Shown in pieces: positions 1 to 13,302 of a stretch of DNA of 64,000 nt. The translations under genes were made by a program, and so were the position numbers. Position 1 is the first letter of the stretch. Each line of letters opens with the position of its first letter. This DNA is from Flaccisagitta enflata. Taxonomy: Eukaryota. Below the pieces are notes generated by a model, which worked only from the letters and a program-made list of their open reading frames with translations, made no database searches and was not told the DNA's origin. The stretch covers positions 22,382,001-22,446,000 of the forward strand of contig OZ231126.1 in the NCBI GenBank assembly GCA_965153355.1, in the 5' to 3' direction.

Positions 1-199
<199 letters not shown>

Positions 200-255
200 C
201 TTTCTTTCTCATTCACTCGTTATTTCTTTCACTCCTACCCCCCCCCCCCTGCAAG

Positions 256-1398
256 GTCCAAAGCTACGTCGCCTCCGAAATCGACCCCAACGCCATCCGT
301 TGCAGTCGTCGCAACTTCCCTCAAGTCGTTCGTCAAGTCGGCGATGTTCGCGAATTGAACGAGTCCCGCCTCCGCAAGTTTGGTCCTTTCGATTTGGTGG
401 TCGGCGGATCTCCTTGTAACGACTTCAGTCGCGCCAATCCCAACAGAGAAGGATTTGCCGGCAAAAACGGGAAACTCTTCTTCGAGTACGCGAGAATTTT
501 GAACATTTGCCGCGTTTTGCACGAAGAAGAGGCGCAACAAAAAGAAGCGAATCGCGAAACGGCCGTCGACGGATGCCGGACGGAGTCTTCAAAGGTGGAA
601 TCGACTGCCAATTGCGCCGGCCTTGGCGAGAGTGGCAACTGTGCTGCATCTTCAATCAAATCAGCCACGCCTTCTTCCCTCCAATCATCATCTACTCCCT
701 CCTTTAATCCATCTTCAACTTCCTCAACTTCAACTTCCTCATCTTCCTCAACTTCAATTTCCTCATCTTCAACATCCTCCTCATCTTCAATTGCCTCATC
801 GTCAACTTCAACTTCAACCACCTTCTCTTCTTCTTCCTCTTCAAACCTCATTCCCGCATCCACTCTCACGCCATCTGTCGAGTATCCTTTCTTTTGGTTC
901 TTTGAAAATGTTCAGATGGATCACGAGGATCGGCAGACGATTTCCTTTACTCTTGGATGCGAGCCTTTGCCTTTAGACGCCATTCATTTAAGTCCAATGA
1001 GAAGAAAGCGTCTCTTTTGGTCCAACATCCCTCTACCTTACGAAGTGCTGCGTCCGGAACCGGATGCTCAACTGCGTCTTCAAGACGTCCTCGAAGTAGG
1101 TCGTCGGGCCAGAGTCGTCAAAATTCGCTGCATCACCACGAAAACTAACAGTTTCTATCAAGGATTCAGCAAATCGCCGCAACATCCCGTCGATGACGCG
1201 GATGGAAAACCGGATGTGTTGACGATGAAGGAGGTGGAGAGATGCTTTGGGTTTCCGGATGATTACACCAAAGTCGCGTCGACTTCAATTGACGTCAGAC
1301 GACATTTGCTGGGAATGTCGTGGTCAATTCCATGCGTCAAATTTCTCTTTAGCGCTCTTAAAGATTATTTTTCAGAGTCAAACAAGGAGAAAAAATGA
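256..1398 (+). CDS. DNMT3: Terminal coding exon of a DNMT3-family DNA (cytosine-5)-methyltransferase (motifs II-X; motif I lies upstream of the window)
   Basis: Pyrimidine tract and AG at 254-255, then an open frame VQSYVASEID...VGDVR...GPFDLVVGGSPCNDFS (catalytic Cys 415-417), KLFFEY, PFFWFFENV (ENV 904-912), RKRLFWSNIP, IRCITTKTNS, EVERCFGFPDDYT, LLGMSWSIP, LKDYF, stop TGA 1396-1398. Colinear with the DNMT3A/B catalytic domain. Confidence 0.95.
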   Translation, partial: VQSYVASEIDPNAIRCSRRNFPQVVRQVGDVRELNESRLRKFGPFDLVVGGSPCNDFSRANPNREGFAGKNGKLFFEYARILNICRVLHEEEAQQKEANRETAVDGCRTESSKVESTANCAGLGESGNCAASSIKSATPSSLQSSSTPSFNPSSTSSTSTSSSSSTSISSSSTSSSSSIASSSTSTSTTFSSSSSSNLIPASTLTPSVEYPFFWFFENVQMDHEDRQTISFTLGCEPLPLDAIHLSPMRRKRLFWSNIPLPYEVLRPEPDAQLRLQDVLEVGRRARVVKIRCITTKTNSFYQGFSKSPQHPVDDADGKPDVLTMKEVERCFGFPDDYTKVASTSIDVRRHLLGMSWSIPCVKFLFSALKDYFSESNKEKK

Positions 1399-1545
1399 TA
1401 ACTAGGTACACGACTATCTTGGTCTCTACCCCTGTCACTTTCACGTCTGTGTGGACGAGGTCAGCGATGTAAGAGCTGCTCAATTGCCTTTTTACGCATG
1501 GATGGACGGGTGGACGCACAAACAGACAGACGGAAGGATGAATAT

Positions 1546-1752
1546 AACAAGGCCGGATACACGGCTACCGAAGTCGCATGCGGGTGGGCAGGGCCCATAT
1601 TTGAGGTCACTAGACCATTTGGGCAGGAGCAGTGAGGTAAAAAGAATAAAATCATAAAAAAAGTAATGTGTGACCGACCAACCAACCAACCGACCGACCA
1701 ACCAACCGACGGACAAAGCGGGTTGTAGAGTCGCGTGCACGCGATTAAAAAC
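1546..1752 (+). mobile_element. Short interspersed DINE-1/Helentron-like (HINE-like) element, family A; other copies near 12930-13155, 17680-17930, 24046-24245, 29410-29617, 59845-60082
   Basis: Shared ends ACAAGGCCGGATACACGG and AGTCGCGTGCACGCGAYTAAAAA (terminal hairpin), internal (GACC/GACG)n microsatellite, both orientations. Superfamily inferred from structure only. Confidence 0.65.
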
Positions 1753-2050
1753 GACAAAAACCGATCAAGTCTTTGACTGATGAGCGGCATATTTAGTCAC
1801 ATATATCGAGATTTATTTCATCTTTTTCAACAATTAATTTATTCTAATATTGTTTTTTTTTTCTTCATAATTTATTGATGAAATAGTTTGGGAGTGAGGT
1901 TAATGCTCCTTCGCCTGTTGCAACTTTATGCTATTTGTAAACACATTTGGCTTTAATTTTATTGATTGTTGTAGTTATGGTTTGGTAGTGTCTTTTGATT
2001 ACCGTATGATTACATTTTCTTCTTTTTTTCTTGACAAAAATGAATCGTTT

Positions 2051-2096
<46 letters not shown>

Positions 2097-2300
2097 CTAT
2101 GCAGCAGTCATATCCGTTGCGGCAGTCGGCAGCTGCAGCAACGGCAAAAGGCAAAAGGCGATCGAAAGAGAGAATGAAGGCGGTCTGGTTATTGGCAATA
2201 ACTTGCTGGTCATTTGAATGCATCGCGTTTCGGCTCTTCGACGAACTCACACGAGAATATAGATGTAAATTGGATTGGAGAATGGGACGATGGCGTAATT

Positions 2301-2334
<34 letters not shown>

Positions 2335-2644
2335 TGCTGGGTAGTTAGCCCTATCTAGGGTGGGCATAAAGGCGCTGTTGTGTCGACTTTTATTGCGCAC
2401 TCATGTGCTGCTTTTTTTAGGGGCTTATGCTTCAAGCGTGGGCCGCTTTTACAGCGTGGACGATGGTGGCAGAATGGGCATCATGAGGACGCAATTGCCA
2501 TTTCGAATGGCTAGAATTGTTTGGAAAGAAAATGATAGCTTATTGTGGTGATTAGAAAACGAAATAGCTAGATGTGAACGTAAACCTCTAGCTTGAAATA
2601 GAAAGTGACGGGGGGGGGGGGAAACATTCTCCAATATCCCGTAC

Positions 2645-3815
2645 AGAGTGGATAAAATGGTCGCCCAAGGGCAATATGTGGTCAGCGATACCCGTTTCCC
2701 TGCTTTGCATAATTGTGAATTGGAGTTAGGGGAAGCAGGGCAGCGGCCCCAAAGGGGACCAAGTCCTGTAGAACACAGGGGGACTTTTGTTTGTCCGTTC
2801 GTTTGTAGGATGGATCAGTGTAGAGGAATGGATCATATATAGGAATAGAACCGGCTATGCCCTTGGTACTTAATATACTTTGAGAGACATAATGCAGAGA
2901 ACGGGCTATAATGTGTGAATCAACAAATCAGTCAATTGACAGAGGCCACAAAGAGAGTCAATGGGCGAGACCCTAGCAATTCTTCCATTCGTCCCCCCTG
3001 GCCTAAAATCTGCCCGCTCAGGCCTGACATTTACCCTATCAGGCCTGAAATCTGCCCTCCCAGACCATGAATCTGAGAGGGCAGATTTAAAGCCTGAGAG
3101 GCCATGAGAGGGCAAATTACATACCTGAGCAGGCAGATTTCAGGCTTGATAGGGCAGATTCAAGGCCTGAGAAGGCAGATTCAAGGCCTGAGAGGGCAGA
3201 TTTCAGGCCTGGGAGGGTAGATTTCCTCCCTGAGAGAGCAGATTTTAGGCCTGAGATGGCCGGGGGGGGGACGCACAAACAAACAAACAAACAAACAAAC
3301 AAACAAACAAACAAACAAACAAACAAATAAACAAACAAACAAACAAATGAATGAACAAACGAACAAATGAACAAGCAAATGAACAAACAAACAAACAAAG
3401 AACAAACGAATAAACAAATAAATCAACAAACAAACAAACGAACAAACGAACAAACGAACAAACGAACAAACGACCAAACGAACAAACGAGCAAACGAACA
3501 AATAAGCAAACGAACAAACAAACAAACAAACAAATGAACAAACAAACAAACCAACAAACCAACAAACCAACAAACCAACAAACCAACAAACCAACAAACC
3601 AACAAACCAACGAACCAACGAACCAACGAACCAACAAACCAACAAACCAACAAACCAACAAACCAACAAACCAACAAATGAACAAATGAACAAATGAACA
3701 AATGAACATATGAACAAATGAATGAACAAACAAACAAACAAACAAACGAAGGGACGAACGAAAGTGTTCTACAAGACTTTGTCTCCTTCGGGGCTGCTGC
3801 CCAATAAGCAGTTGA
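2645..3815 (+). mobile_element. Interspersed repeat family B with an internal 21-bp tandem array and (AAAC)n; related copies near 4940-5325, 22505-23060, 57570-58130
   Basis: Shared head GTCGCCCAAGGGCAA...GGGGAAGCAGGGCAGCGGCCCC...TCCTGTAGAACACAGGGGGACTTT and arrays of GCCTGAGAGGGCAGATTTCAG. Confidence 0.7.
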
Positions 3816-4019
3816 AAACTCACATGTAGCCTCGCCGATAAGAAAGCTAAAACTTACAACACTGGAGACATTCTAAACGATTTTGTCACGATTGCGTAAA
3901 AAAAACAATAAAAATGTCTCAGTGTAATGATGCTGCAGCACAGACTGAGTGTCACTCCAAGACATTAGCAGTCGCTTTAATGTGGGGAGTCATTGTGATG
4001 GGAGAAAATAGAAAAGGCA

Positions 4020-4068
4020 GGAGGAAGAAGATGAAGAGGTAGAAGAAGAAAAAGGAGGAGAAGAAGAA

Positions 4069-4103
<35 letters not shown>

Positions 4104-4192
4104 AGAAGAAGAAGAAGAAGAAGAAGAAGAAGAAGAAGAAGAAGAAGAAGAAAAAGAGGAAGAAGAAGAAGAAGAAGAAGAAGAAGAAGAAA

Positions 4193-4281
<89 letters not shown>

Positions 4282-4520
4282 AAAAGATCAAGAGGATGAG
4301 GTGGAAGAAGAAGAAGAAGAAAAGAAGGAGAAGAAGAAGAAGACGAAGATGAAGATGAAGATGAAGATGAAGAAGGAGAAGACAAAGAAAAAGAAAAAAA
4401 AGAAAAAGAAAAAGAAAAGAAGAAGAAGAAGAAGAAGAAGAAGAAGAAGAAGAAGAAGAAGAAGAAGAAGAAGAAGAAGAAGAAGAAAAGAAAAGAAAAT
4501 GAGTGAAAGAAAAAGAAGAA
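4020..4520. repeat. Compound (GAA)n/(GAT)n microsatellite
   Basis: Long trinucleotide runs; source of spurious poly-amino-acid ORFs. Confidence 0.95.
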
Positions 4521-5649
4521 CCATGAGAGGAGCACAAAGAAAAAAGAAGATGAGCTTTGCTAATGGTTAGTGTAAGATCGTTCAACGGAGTGAGAATAAA
4601 AGGGAGGAAATGGATATGAGGCGTGAATTGAGTAGAAAAACGACTCCTGGGGAAATGGGAGTGGTTTGGGGGAGTATTGGATGCGGGGCAGGCGAGTTAA
4701 CGGGGAAGTGCGATAGAGCCCTCACAGCGCAATCACGTCAGAACCTAACCCAGTGCAATCATCGGGAGGACAAGGGGTGGAAATGGGAAGGGAGGTGGCA
4801 GAGTAAATATGGGATTGAGCCTTGGCTGCTCAGTAGCGTAACGAGCTGATTATGGCAAAGAGAAAAAAACCAACGACTTTAGATGAAAAATCATGTTTTT
4901 TGTTTTGTTTTGCTTTGTCTTGCTTGACTTTGTTTTGCTTGTTTTTGGGCAGCGGCCTCTCAGGCCTCAAATCCAGCCTCTCAGGCCTCAAATCCAGCCT
5001 CTCGGGCCTCAAATCCAGCTTCTTGGGCCTCAAATCCAGCCTCTCAGGCCTCAACTCCAGCCTCTTTGGCCTCAAATCCAGCCTCTTGGGCCTTATATCC
5101 AGCCTCTCAGACCTCAAGTTCCTATTGAATAACATGGAAAATTGACAAAAAATTGAAAAAAATGCAAAATTCCCAAATGTGCCCTCTCAGGACGTATGGA
5201 AATTCACCCCCGTGTCCTACAGGACATCGGCCCTTTGGGGCTGCTGCCCTGCTCTCACTCCACTTCTTCAGCTAATCACTCCAAGCAGGGCATCGGGTAC
5301 CGCTGACCATGTGCGATCCTTGGATTCTTTTTTTTTCTTTTTTTTTTTTTTTTGGTTTTGGTTTTGGTTTTGGTTTTTTTGCCATAGTTACTTAAGTTAG
5401 ATCATGGAAACGATGGTAAGAGACAGGGTTGGTGTGTGAATCGACCTATCTATTGTCTCTGGCCCATTTCAGTGGGATCATGGAGAGTGGCTTGGTGATA
5501 AGGAGTAACCAAGGAGATCAGTAAGTGGGGGTGTGGAGCCCCGCTACTCAGTCTCGACACGACCTATTCCAGTGGGATCATTAGCTTCCAAGTGAGACAT
5601 TTTCATTAAGCGAAATGAGGCAAAGTTGCCGAGCGAGGCAAAATGAAAT

Positions 5650-5808
<159 letters not shown>

Positions 5809-6523
5809 CCATCTTAGTTTCTTGTTCGATGACCGCAGCCAATTGATCGTAAAACAAATTTCATTGAGCCTTTATTATTCTTTTTAAATTTTTTTTCCTC
5901 ATCCAATTCTTTTTGTTTTCATCTGCTTCATGTTCTCTCATGCAATTTTCAAACTTTCCTTCATTTCTCTCTCTCTCTCATTTCTTTCTTCTAGATTCCT
6001 GTTTTTGTTTTTTTATTTTTTTTTTCCTTTTTTCATTCTTTTTGTCCTCATTGATTTTTTCGTCCGGTTTTAAACCATCATTTTTCCCAATTCACATTTA
6101 CTGTGCTTGACATGAGTAATTATTATATCTCTTTACCTATCTGTCCCTTCCTGTTTCCTCTTTTTTCCTTTTCAATTCTTTTTTCAGCTTCTGTGCCTCT
6201 CTTCCTCCTCTTTTCCTTTTTCCTCTTTAACATCTGTCTGTGTGCCTTACTGTGTAACTGACTGTCCTTCTGTCTGTGTGTTTGTCTGTCTGCTGTATCT
6301 GTCTAGACTCGGTCGCTGTCAGTCTCCGTCTTTCTGTCTGTCTCTGTTCTTCATAGACCATCAGTCCATCACCCAGGCGGCCACGCTGTAATTTTCTCTT
6401 CCAAATCCTTCCCCTAATCGAAGCTTTTGCCGTTGGTCGATCCATTTAGCCAAATTCACGTCATTTTCATTCGACAATAAATTGGCTCTTTTTTGCTTTC
6501 TTTCTGCTCTCTCTCTCTATTTC

Positions 6524-6644
<121 letters not shown>

Positions 6645-7013
6645 TTTTTCTGGCTCACGAGGACGTAATTGTCCATAGATTGATTGATATCGGTACTAAT
6701 GTCGTTCATCCAAAGATATCTAGATGAAACATTACGTGTCACTCATTTTTGCGAATCCAAACGACAGTCTTCGATGCATCCACTAGCTTGAAAGTGGTGC
6801 GTGATGTAACTTGTGTATCATCTGTTATAGATGCATCACTCTTCGCCATTTCACAAATAGATTTTACGATAAAATAACCGAGCAAAACTATGAGGAATCA
6901 TTGGGTTGTATGATAAATCTTTAGTCTCGTTACGGCCACAGTTTCTTGGAAGCGTCATTTGTAAACGTCAAAAAAAAAAAAAAAAAAACAAACGTCTATC
7001 TCTCTCTCTCTCG

Positions 7014-7175
<162 letters not shown>

Positions 7176-7608
7176 CTCTCTCATTACCTTGACTTATGAG
7201 GCTCATTTGGTAAGCTAAAAGGCGGTTATAAACATCACGAGAATGTTTCTGGTCACATTTTCTTGCGTTTCACGTTTTGTTCTTCCGAGTTGGAAGTCAT
7301 AACGAGAATTTTACGATTCTAGATTTAATCTTTATTTCACTAATAAACAATACGCGGGAGAGGCTAAACAAGACGCAGGGTGAGGCTGCGGGGGGGGGGG
7401 GGGGGGGGGCCACGGGATGAGGATAAAGTGGATAACGGGTTGGGCCGATGCGAGGAGATGATGAGAACGACACAGGACGCAGGGTGAGGTAAAAAGAGTC
7501 GAGACGGGATGACCGAAGTAGGCGATGGAACAAGACGACGTCTAAAGCGCTGATAAGCACGACGAGGCGCTCTTTAGTTTCATCATCATCGGAAAACAAA
7601 CTGAGTCA

Positions 7609-7945
7609 AGCTAGTTTTTGATAGCTCCAATTCCTATTGTCTAAGTCACCTTTTCTTTTGTACTACCTTTCCTTAATTATTTCATTCATTCATTCATTCA
7701 TTCATTCATTCATTCATTCATTCATTCATTCATTCATTCATTCATTCATTCATTCATTCATTCATTCATTCATTAAAGCTAGTTTTTGATAGCTCCAATT
7801 CCTATTGTCTAAGTCACCTTTTCTTTTGTACTCCCTTTCCTTAATTATTTCATTCATTCATTCATTCATTCATTCATTCATTCATTCATTCATTCATTCA
7901 TTCATTCATTCATTCATTCATTCATTCATTCATTCATTAAAGCCT
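7609..7945. repeat. Tandem duplication of a ~165-bp unit ending in (ATTC)n
   Basis: AAGCTAGTTTTTGATAGCTCCAATTCC...(ATTC)n occurs twice back to back. Confidence 0.85.
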
Positions 7946-8569
7946 AGGCTCATGCCTCCATTAATTTCTTCTTTTTCTTCCTTTAAATGGTTCGACTGAT
8001 ACTGAGGTCAAAATGGAGCACTCCTTGTGATAAGACGTCTCCACTTTAAAAAAAAATTTTCCTGGATCATCCAGTCCCAACTTCCGCGTCGTCCTTGTCA
8101 TCTTCATCGCAACATGCATAGGCAAATTACTGTGGTATGTCTTACTCCAAATCTAACTCATTCTCATCATCCCGTTACAACCACTGCTCGTTAATCGTTA
8201 CTTTTCACTTTCGTTCATCTCTTGCTTCCCATCCCCCTCCACATGTCCCGAGACAGAAAAACCCATGGGCCAGGTCATGACTGATTATGACGGTCATATA
8301 TTAGAAAGTAAATCCTCCGAGTAAAAACGATTATTTACATGGACAATAAAGAATAAACAAAAGACAAAAAAGAGGGCGGGTCTACCTTCGCCATCTCGAG
8401 GCTAATCTATCAATGTCTCTGGATCTCTGTCTCTCTTTTGCTTTCTCTTTGCTTTGGCTTTTTCTGCCACCGACTTTTTGTTTTTCTTCGTCGTTTCTGC
8501 CAAATTTTTGAGGGCCAAATGATGGCAACAAATCATAATCACCGACGCCGTCACCGCCGTTGCATCGAA

Positions 8570-9620
8570 CACCGCCGCTTTCCCTCCATCACCGCCTTCC
8601 CTCCACCGCCATCTTCCCTCTACCGCCATCTTCCCTCCATCATCGCCTTCTCTCCACCACCATCTTCCCTCCATCATCGCCTTCCCTCCACCACCATCTT
8701 CCCAACATTGTCGCCTTCCCTCCACCGCCGCCTTCCCTCCACCGCCATCTTCCCTCCACCGCGCCGCCGCATTCCCTCCACCATCATCTTCCCTCCATCA
8801 TCGCCTTCTCTCCACCACCATCTTCCCTCCATCACCGCCTTCCCTCTACCGCCATCTTCCCTCTACCGCCATCTTCCCTCCATCGCCGCCTTCTCTCCAC
8901 CACCATCTTCCCTCCATCATCGCCTTCCCTCCACCACCATCTTCCCAACATTGTCGCCTTCCCTCCAACGCCGCCTTCCCTCCACCGCCATCTTCCCTCC
9001 ATCACCGTCTTCCCTCCACCGCCATCTTCCCTCTACCGCCATCTTCCATCCATTATCGCCTACTCTCCACCACCATCTTCCCTCCATCATCGCCTTCCCT
9101 CCATCATCGCCTTCCCTCCACCACCATCTTCCCAACATTGTCGCCTTTCCTCCACCGCTGCCTTCCCTCCACCGCCATCTTCCCTCCACCGCCGCTTTCC
9201 CTCCACCATCATCTTCTCTCCATCATCGCCTTCTCTCCACCACCATCTTCCCTCCATCATCGCCTTCCCTCCACCACCATCTTCCCAACATTGTCGCTTT
9301 CCCTCCACCGCCGCCTTCCCTCTACCGCCATCTTCCATCCATCATCGCCTTCTCTCCACCACCATCTTCCCTCCATCATCGCCTTCCCTCCACCACCATC
9401 TTCCCAACATTGTCGCCTTCCCTCCACCGCCGCCTTCCCTCCACCGCCATCTTCCCTCCATCACCGCCTTCCCTCCACCGCCATCTCCCCTCCACCGCCG
9501 CCTTCCCTCCACCATCATCTTCCCTCCTTTGTCGCCTTCCCTCCACCATCATCTTCCCTCCATTGTCGCCTTCCCTCCCCCACCACCATGCCTCCATCGC
9601 TGCCTTCCCTCTACCGCCGT
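8570..9620. repeat. 18-bp pyrimidine-rich minisatellite (consensus about CCTTCCCTCCACCGCCAT)
   Basis: About 1 kb of variant 18-mers, with a recurring CCCAACATTGTCG variant. Confidence 0.9.
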
Positions 9621-10210
9621 TGCATCAAACGCTGCCGCCTTCAATCTGCCCCCCTCACCGCAACATCAGCCGGAGCCATGATTGACCACCACTGCCACAT
9701 AATGATAATCGTCGTCTGCACAAAAGCTACCATCGACAATGACATCTACAGCAGCAACATTGGCAATAACAGCAACAATGACAACGGCAATGACAACGAC
9801 AATGATAACAACATTGATAAAATCAACTCGATGGAATCGTTTGGGACAAAAGCTTATCAACTTGTGAATGCATGAAGAAAAACAAACACTATCAAATATG
9901 TTTAATGTTTTAGATGCGTCCCTCAGGAACGCATCTCTTTGAGAAGGTCTATCCGTCCGTCCGTCCGTCCGTCCGTCCGTCGGTCCGTCAGTCTGTTGGT
10001 CCGTCGGTCTGTCAGTCCGTCGGTCCGTCGGTCCGTCGCGTTGGTCCGTCGATCCGTCCGTCAGTCCGTTACGCCTGGGCAAAAACCGCGTTTCTCAGCT
10101 GTCTTTGGCCATGGTTAGATCCTATACTGAAACAAATGATCAACCAACATGTTTTGAGGGCCTTTTCTCCCTCCGTTCGTCCATCTGTCTCTCCATAAAT
10201 GTCACATGAT

Positions 10211-10647
10211 CAGGCCTTTTTTTAGTGATTTTTTTTGACAGAGCCAGTCAGGCTCTCTCTGCTCAATTCTACAGAGCCCAACGGAAGATCAGCGAGCCCG
10301 ATAAAAATAACCATTTTTGCAAATTTCCTTATCATCTGAGCCTATCTGTGTCTATAAATAACGATAAATAACAAGGGCATCAAAGAGTTTATAAGTTCAT
10401 TATCTGTGAACTTTCTTTTCCCATCAACATCAAGACGCATTTACAAGTATTCAAGTGTTTGGGCAGAGGCAGTGATGCTTTAAAGTCCCAAAAACGTCAA
10501 AATAGCAAAAAGTTTATCATTGGACTGACCAGGCCTCTTGATTTTTTAGCAGCGAGCAGCGGCGCCTATCGGCAGGGAAAGAAAGATATCTGCAGGTTTC
10601 TGAAGAAGAAGAAGAAGAAGAAGAAGAAGAAGAAGAAGAAGAAGAAG

Positions 10648-10680
<33 letters not shown>

Positions 10681-11951
10681 AGAAAAAGAATGGGAAGAAG
10701 GAAAAGAAGACGGAAAATGACAAGAAGTAAAGATCAAATGATGTTGACGTCAGTATTGATATCATTTGCATATTGCAGTTTTAAGATGACTGCTCTATTG
10801 TAATTTGGTTGATTTGAAATAATGTCAATTTGTGTTAATAATTCAACTTGATCTTGATGTTTTTTATTGTTAACCGAAGAAAGACAACATCATGCCTACC
10901 TAACAGTAAGTAATCTCGTCATGTGTTTCGTGTTGCGTTTTAAAAATAAGATATTTAATATTGATACAAATCATAAAAAAAAACTGGGCCAACAAGATGT
11001 TATTTCTCCTTCCCAATCTAGGCCGTGCTGGTTGCTGGGGCCGATGATACCGTCCAGAATCGCGGTTAAATATTCTTGGCTGGATACTTTGAGTGGCACT
11101 GATGTTGCCGACTCTTGTTGGCCATAACTGCAGGTGCAATTATTCTAAAGTCAAAATTTACACGGCTTCTGTTTTCTTGTTGTTTAGACATCTCTTCGCA
11201 ATGACCAGTGAAAATTAAGTAAACTAATTAAAAACTTGACTTACTGTCTATCATTTTTTTTTCTATTTTTTTCTTTTTCAAAAATGACTTATTGAGGATG
11301 GGAAAAAAATCCGCTATTTTTTCCCAAATCACATTTTTTTTTCAAATCTAAAGAAAAATCAGTTTAAATTTTTTTTCTTCTCTGAATCCACTGGATAACT
11401 GGCCCACTGAAGTACGAAATTCACATTACAAGAGTCACTCCTTTACCTTTTCCTAATCCCCATACTCAAGTCAAGTCGATAGCATTCAGAGGAAAATTTG
11501 TGCTTCATGGCAGAAAAGAAAAATCAAGAGGCCTGGGACTGACTAACCAATGAATGGACCAATCGACCAAGTGGCGAAGTGAAAGATGTTCAGCGCATTT
11601 ATCTTTTAATTGTTCACATTTCATGATAGAGACAATGGAGAAAATGCATTTGCGTTCTAGCTTCTTACTTTTGAGTAATTCTTATATCGCAAACAGATAG
11701 TGTGTTCTTTTGATTTTACGAAAATGATCAAATTCACTTGAGTCTAACATAGGGGTTGTCGCATTGGGAAAATTATCGAGATATCACAAAGGGAATATCT
11801 CGATGATATCTAGATAATACGCCCAATGCAAAAACCCCTCATATCTCACAAAATCAGCGAGAGCCCGCCGGGCTCAGAGCCAGCAAAAGGGAGAGCCCGA
11901 CAGCAAGATAGAGAGCTCCAGGCTCGCGGGCTTGCTCTAAAAAAAGGCCTG
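10211..11951. mobile_element. Non-autonomous hAT DNA transposon
   Basis: TIRs CAGGCCTTTTTTTAG / CTAAAAAAAGGCCTG; perfect 8-bp TSD CACATGAT (10203-10210, 11952-11959); subterminal GAGCCC repeats. Confidence 0.9.
11751..11839. mobile_element. ~90-bp hairpin MITE (second copy at 41922-42010)
   Basis: AGGGGTTGTCGCATTGGG ... CCCAATGCAAAAACCCCT inverted ends. Confidence 0.75.
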
Positions 11952-13302
11952 CACATGATCGATGCACATAGAGACACAGCCCGGACGCATCGTTGCCTGG
12001 TTGGGCTCGTTATTCTGATAGCAACCATTTATTAGGGTTTTGTTCGGGTCATGGGTCTGTTTTTGTTGCTCTTCTTGATGAAAAGTGTAACAATATCCCT
12101 TACTACACCCAAACTGAAATAAATGGAAGAGGACCTTGTGAACCCTAATTGACTAATAATTGTATCATATCATCATATTATCATATTATATCATATCATT
12201 ACCGCTTAAGATAAACTGCCGCTGACTATTTTACCACCGCAGGTGCAACGAATAAAAGAGCCACGCTTACTTATGGAATGCGATTAATATTATTCATATG
12301 TATCTCAGTTTGTACCAACGCCACGCAAATTGTAAAAAGATCGATAAGTTAGGATATGAAAAGAGGTAGGTGTAGAAGTGAAAAAAAGCATTCCTCAACA
12401 TAATCCAGTAAGATAGGATTTTTTGTGAAGCAGCCCAAAGGTCCAAGAATACCTCATTCAAAATTCTATCTTACTGAGTCAACAAAAAGTATGCTTCTCA
12501 TGGTTTTACTTTGCTTTATTTTGCTTGCAGGTTCCCAAAGAAGGTTTTGTTTAATGTCATGATAATGTAATGGTGCTAGAACTCTTGATTTTGGGGCAGC
12601 GTGTAGGCTAGGGAGGAACTCGGTAGGCCCCGAAAGAGAAGAAATACGTAGAAGGAAAGGGAGCAATGATGAATAGTGAATAGCGATTGAGGTCAGCACC
12701 AAACCTATTTGCATATTACAGTATCAAGATGAATGCTCCATTGCTTAAATGTTAGTTCGGAACACAAATAATCTGAATTGATTATATGACTGGCACGGTA
12801 TTTCCTTTTATTGTAGAGAAAATAAAATAAAACTTTTGGGTATCTTAAAGTTACCGACATCGTTTTGAATATTGTGAAATCTTCCGCAGATAAGATCTAT
12901 ATGGATGAAAAATGCAAAGAATATTATCAAACAAGGCCGGATACACGGCTACCCCAGTCGCGTGCAGGTGGGCAGGGGCCACAAATGAGGTTAGTGGAGC
13001 ATTTGGGCAGGAGAAGTAAGGCCAAAAACCCCATTAACGCCGAAAAAGTAAAGTGTGATGGATGGACCGATGGATGGACGGACCGACGGACTGAAGAACG
13101 GACGGACCGATGGACGGACCGACAAAGCGGGGTGTAGAGTAGCACGCGAATAAAAAGTCGGAATCAACAAACGCCTTCGTACATAAACTTCTCCCTGCAG
13201 GGACGAGATGGGTTGCCACTTGGCCAACTGACGATGTCAACTCAGCAGATGGATATCCTGCTTCGATTGTATAGGTAATCCAGCGACAGTCCCACCATCC
13301 TA

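Noticed and set aside
256-1398. Bacterial restriction-modification methyltransferase or contamination
   Set aside because: DNMT3-specific motifs (GPFDLVxGGSPCND, PFFWxFENV, LLGxSWS), a spliceosomal acceptor and animal repeats on both sides
8438-9875. Long Pro/Ser/His-rich ORFs (415, 373, 245 aa)
   Set aside because: Products of an 18-bp minisatellite open in several frames
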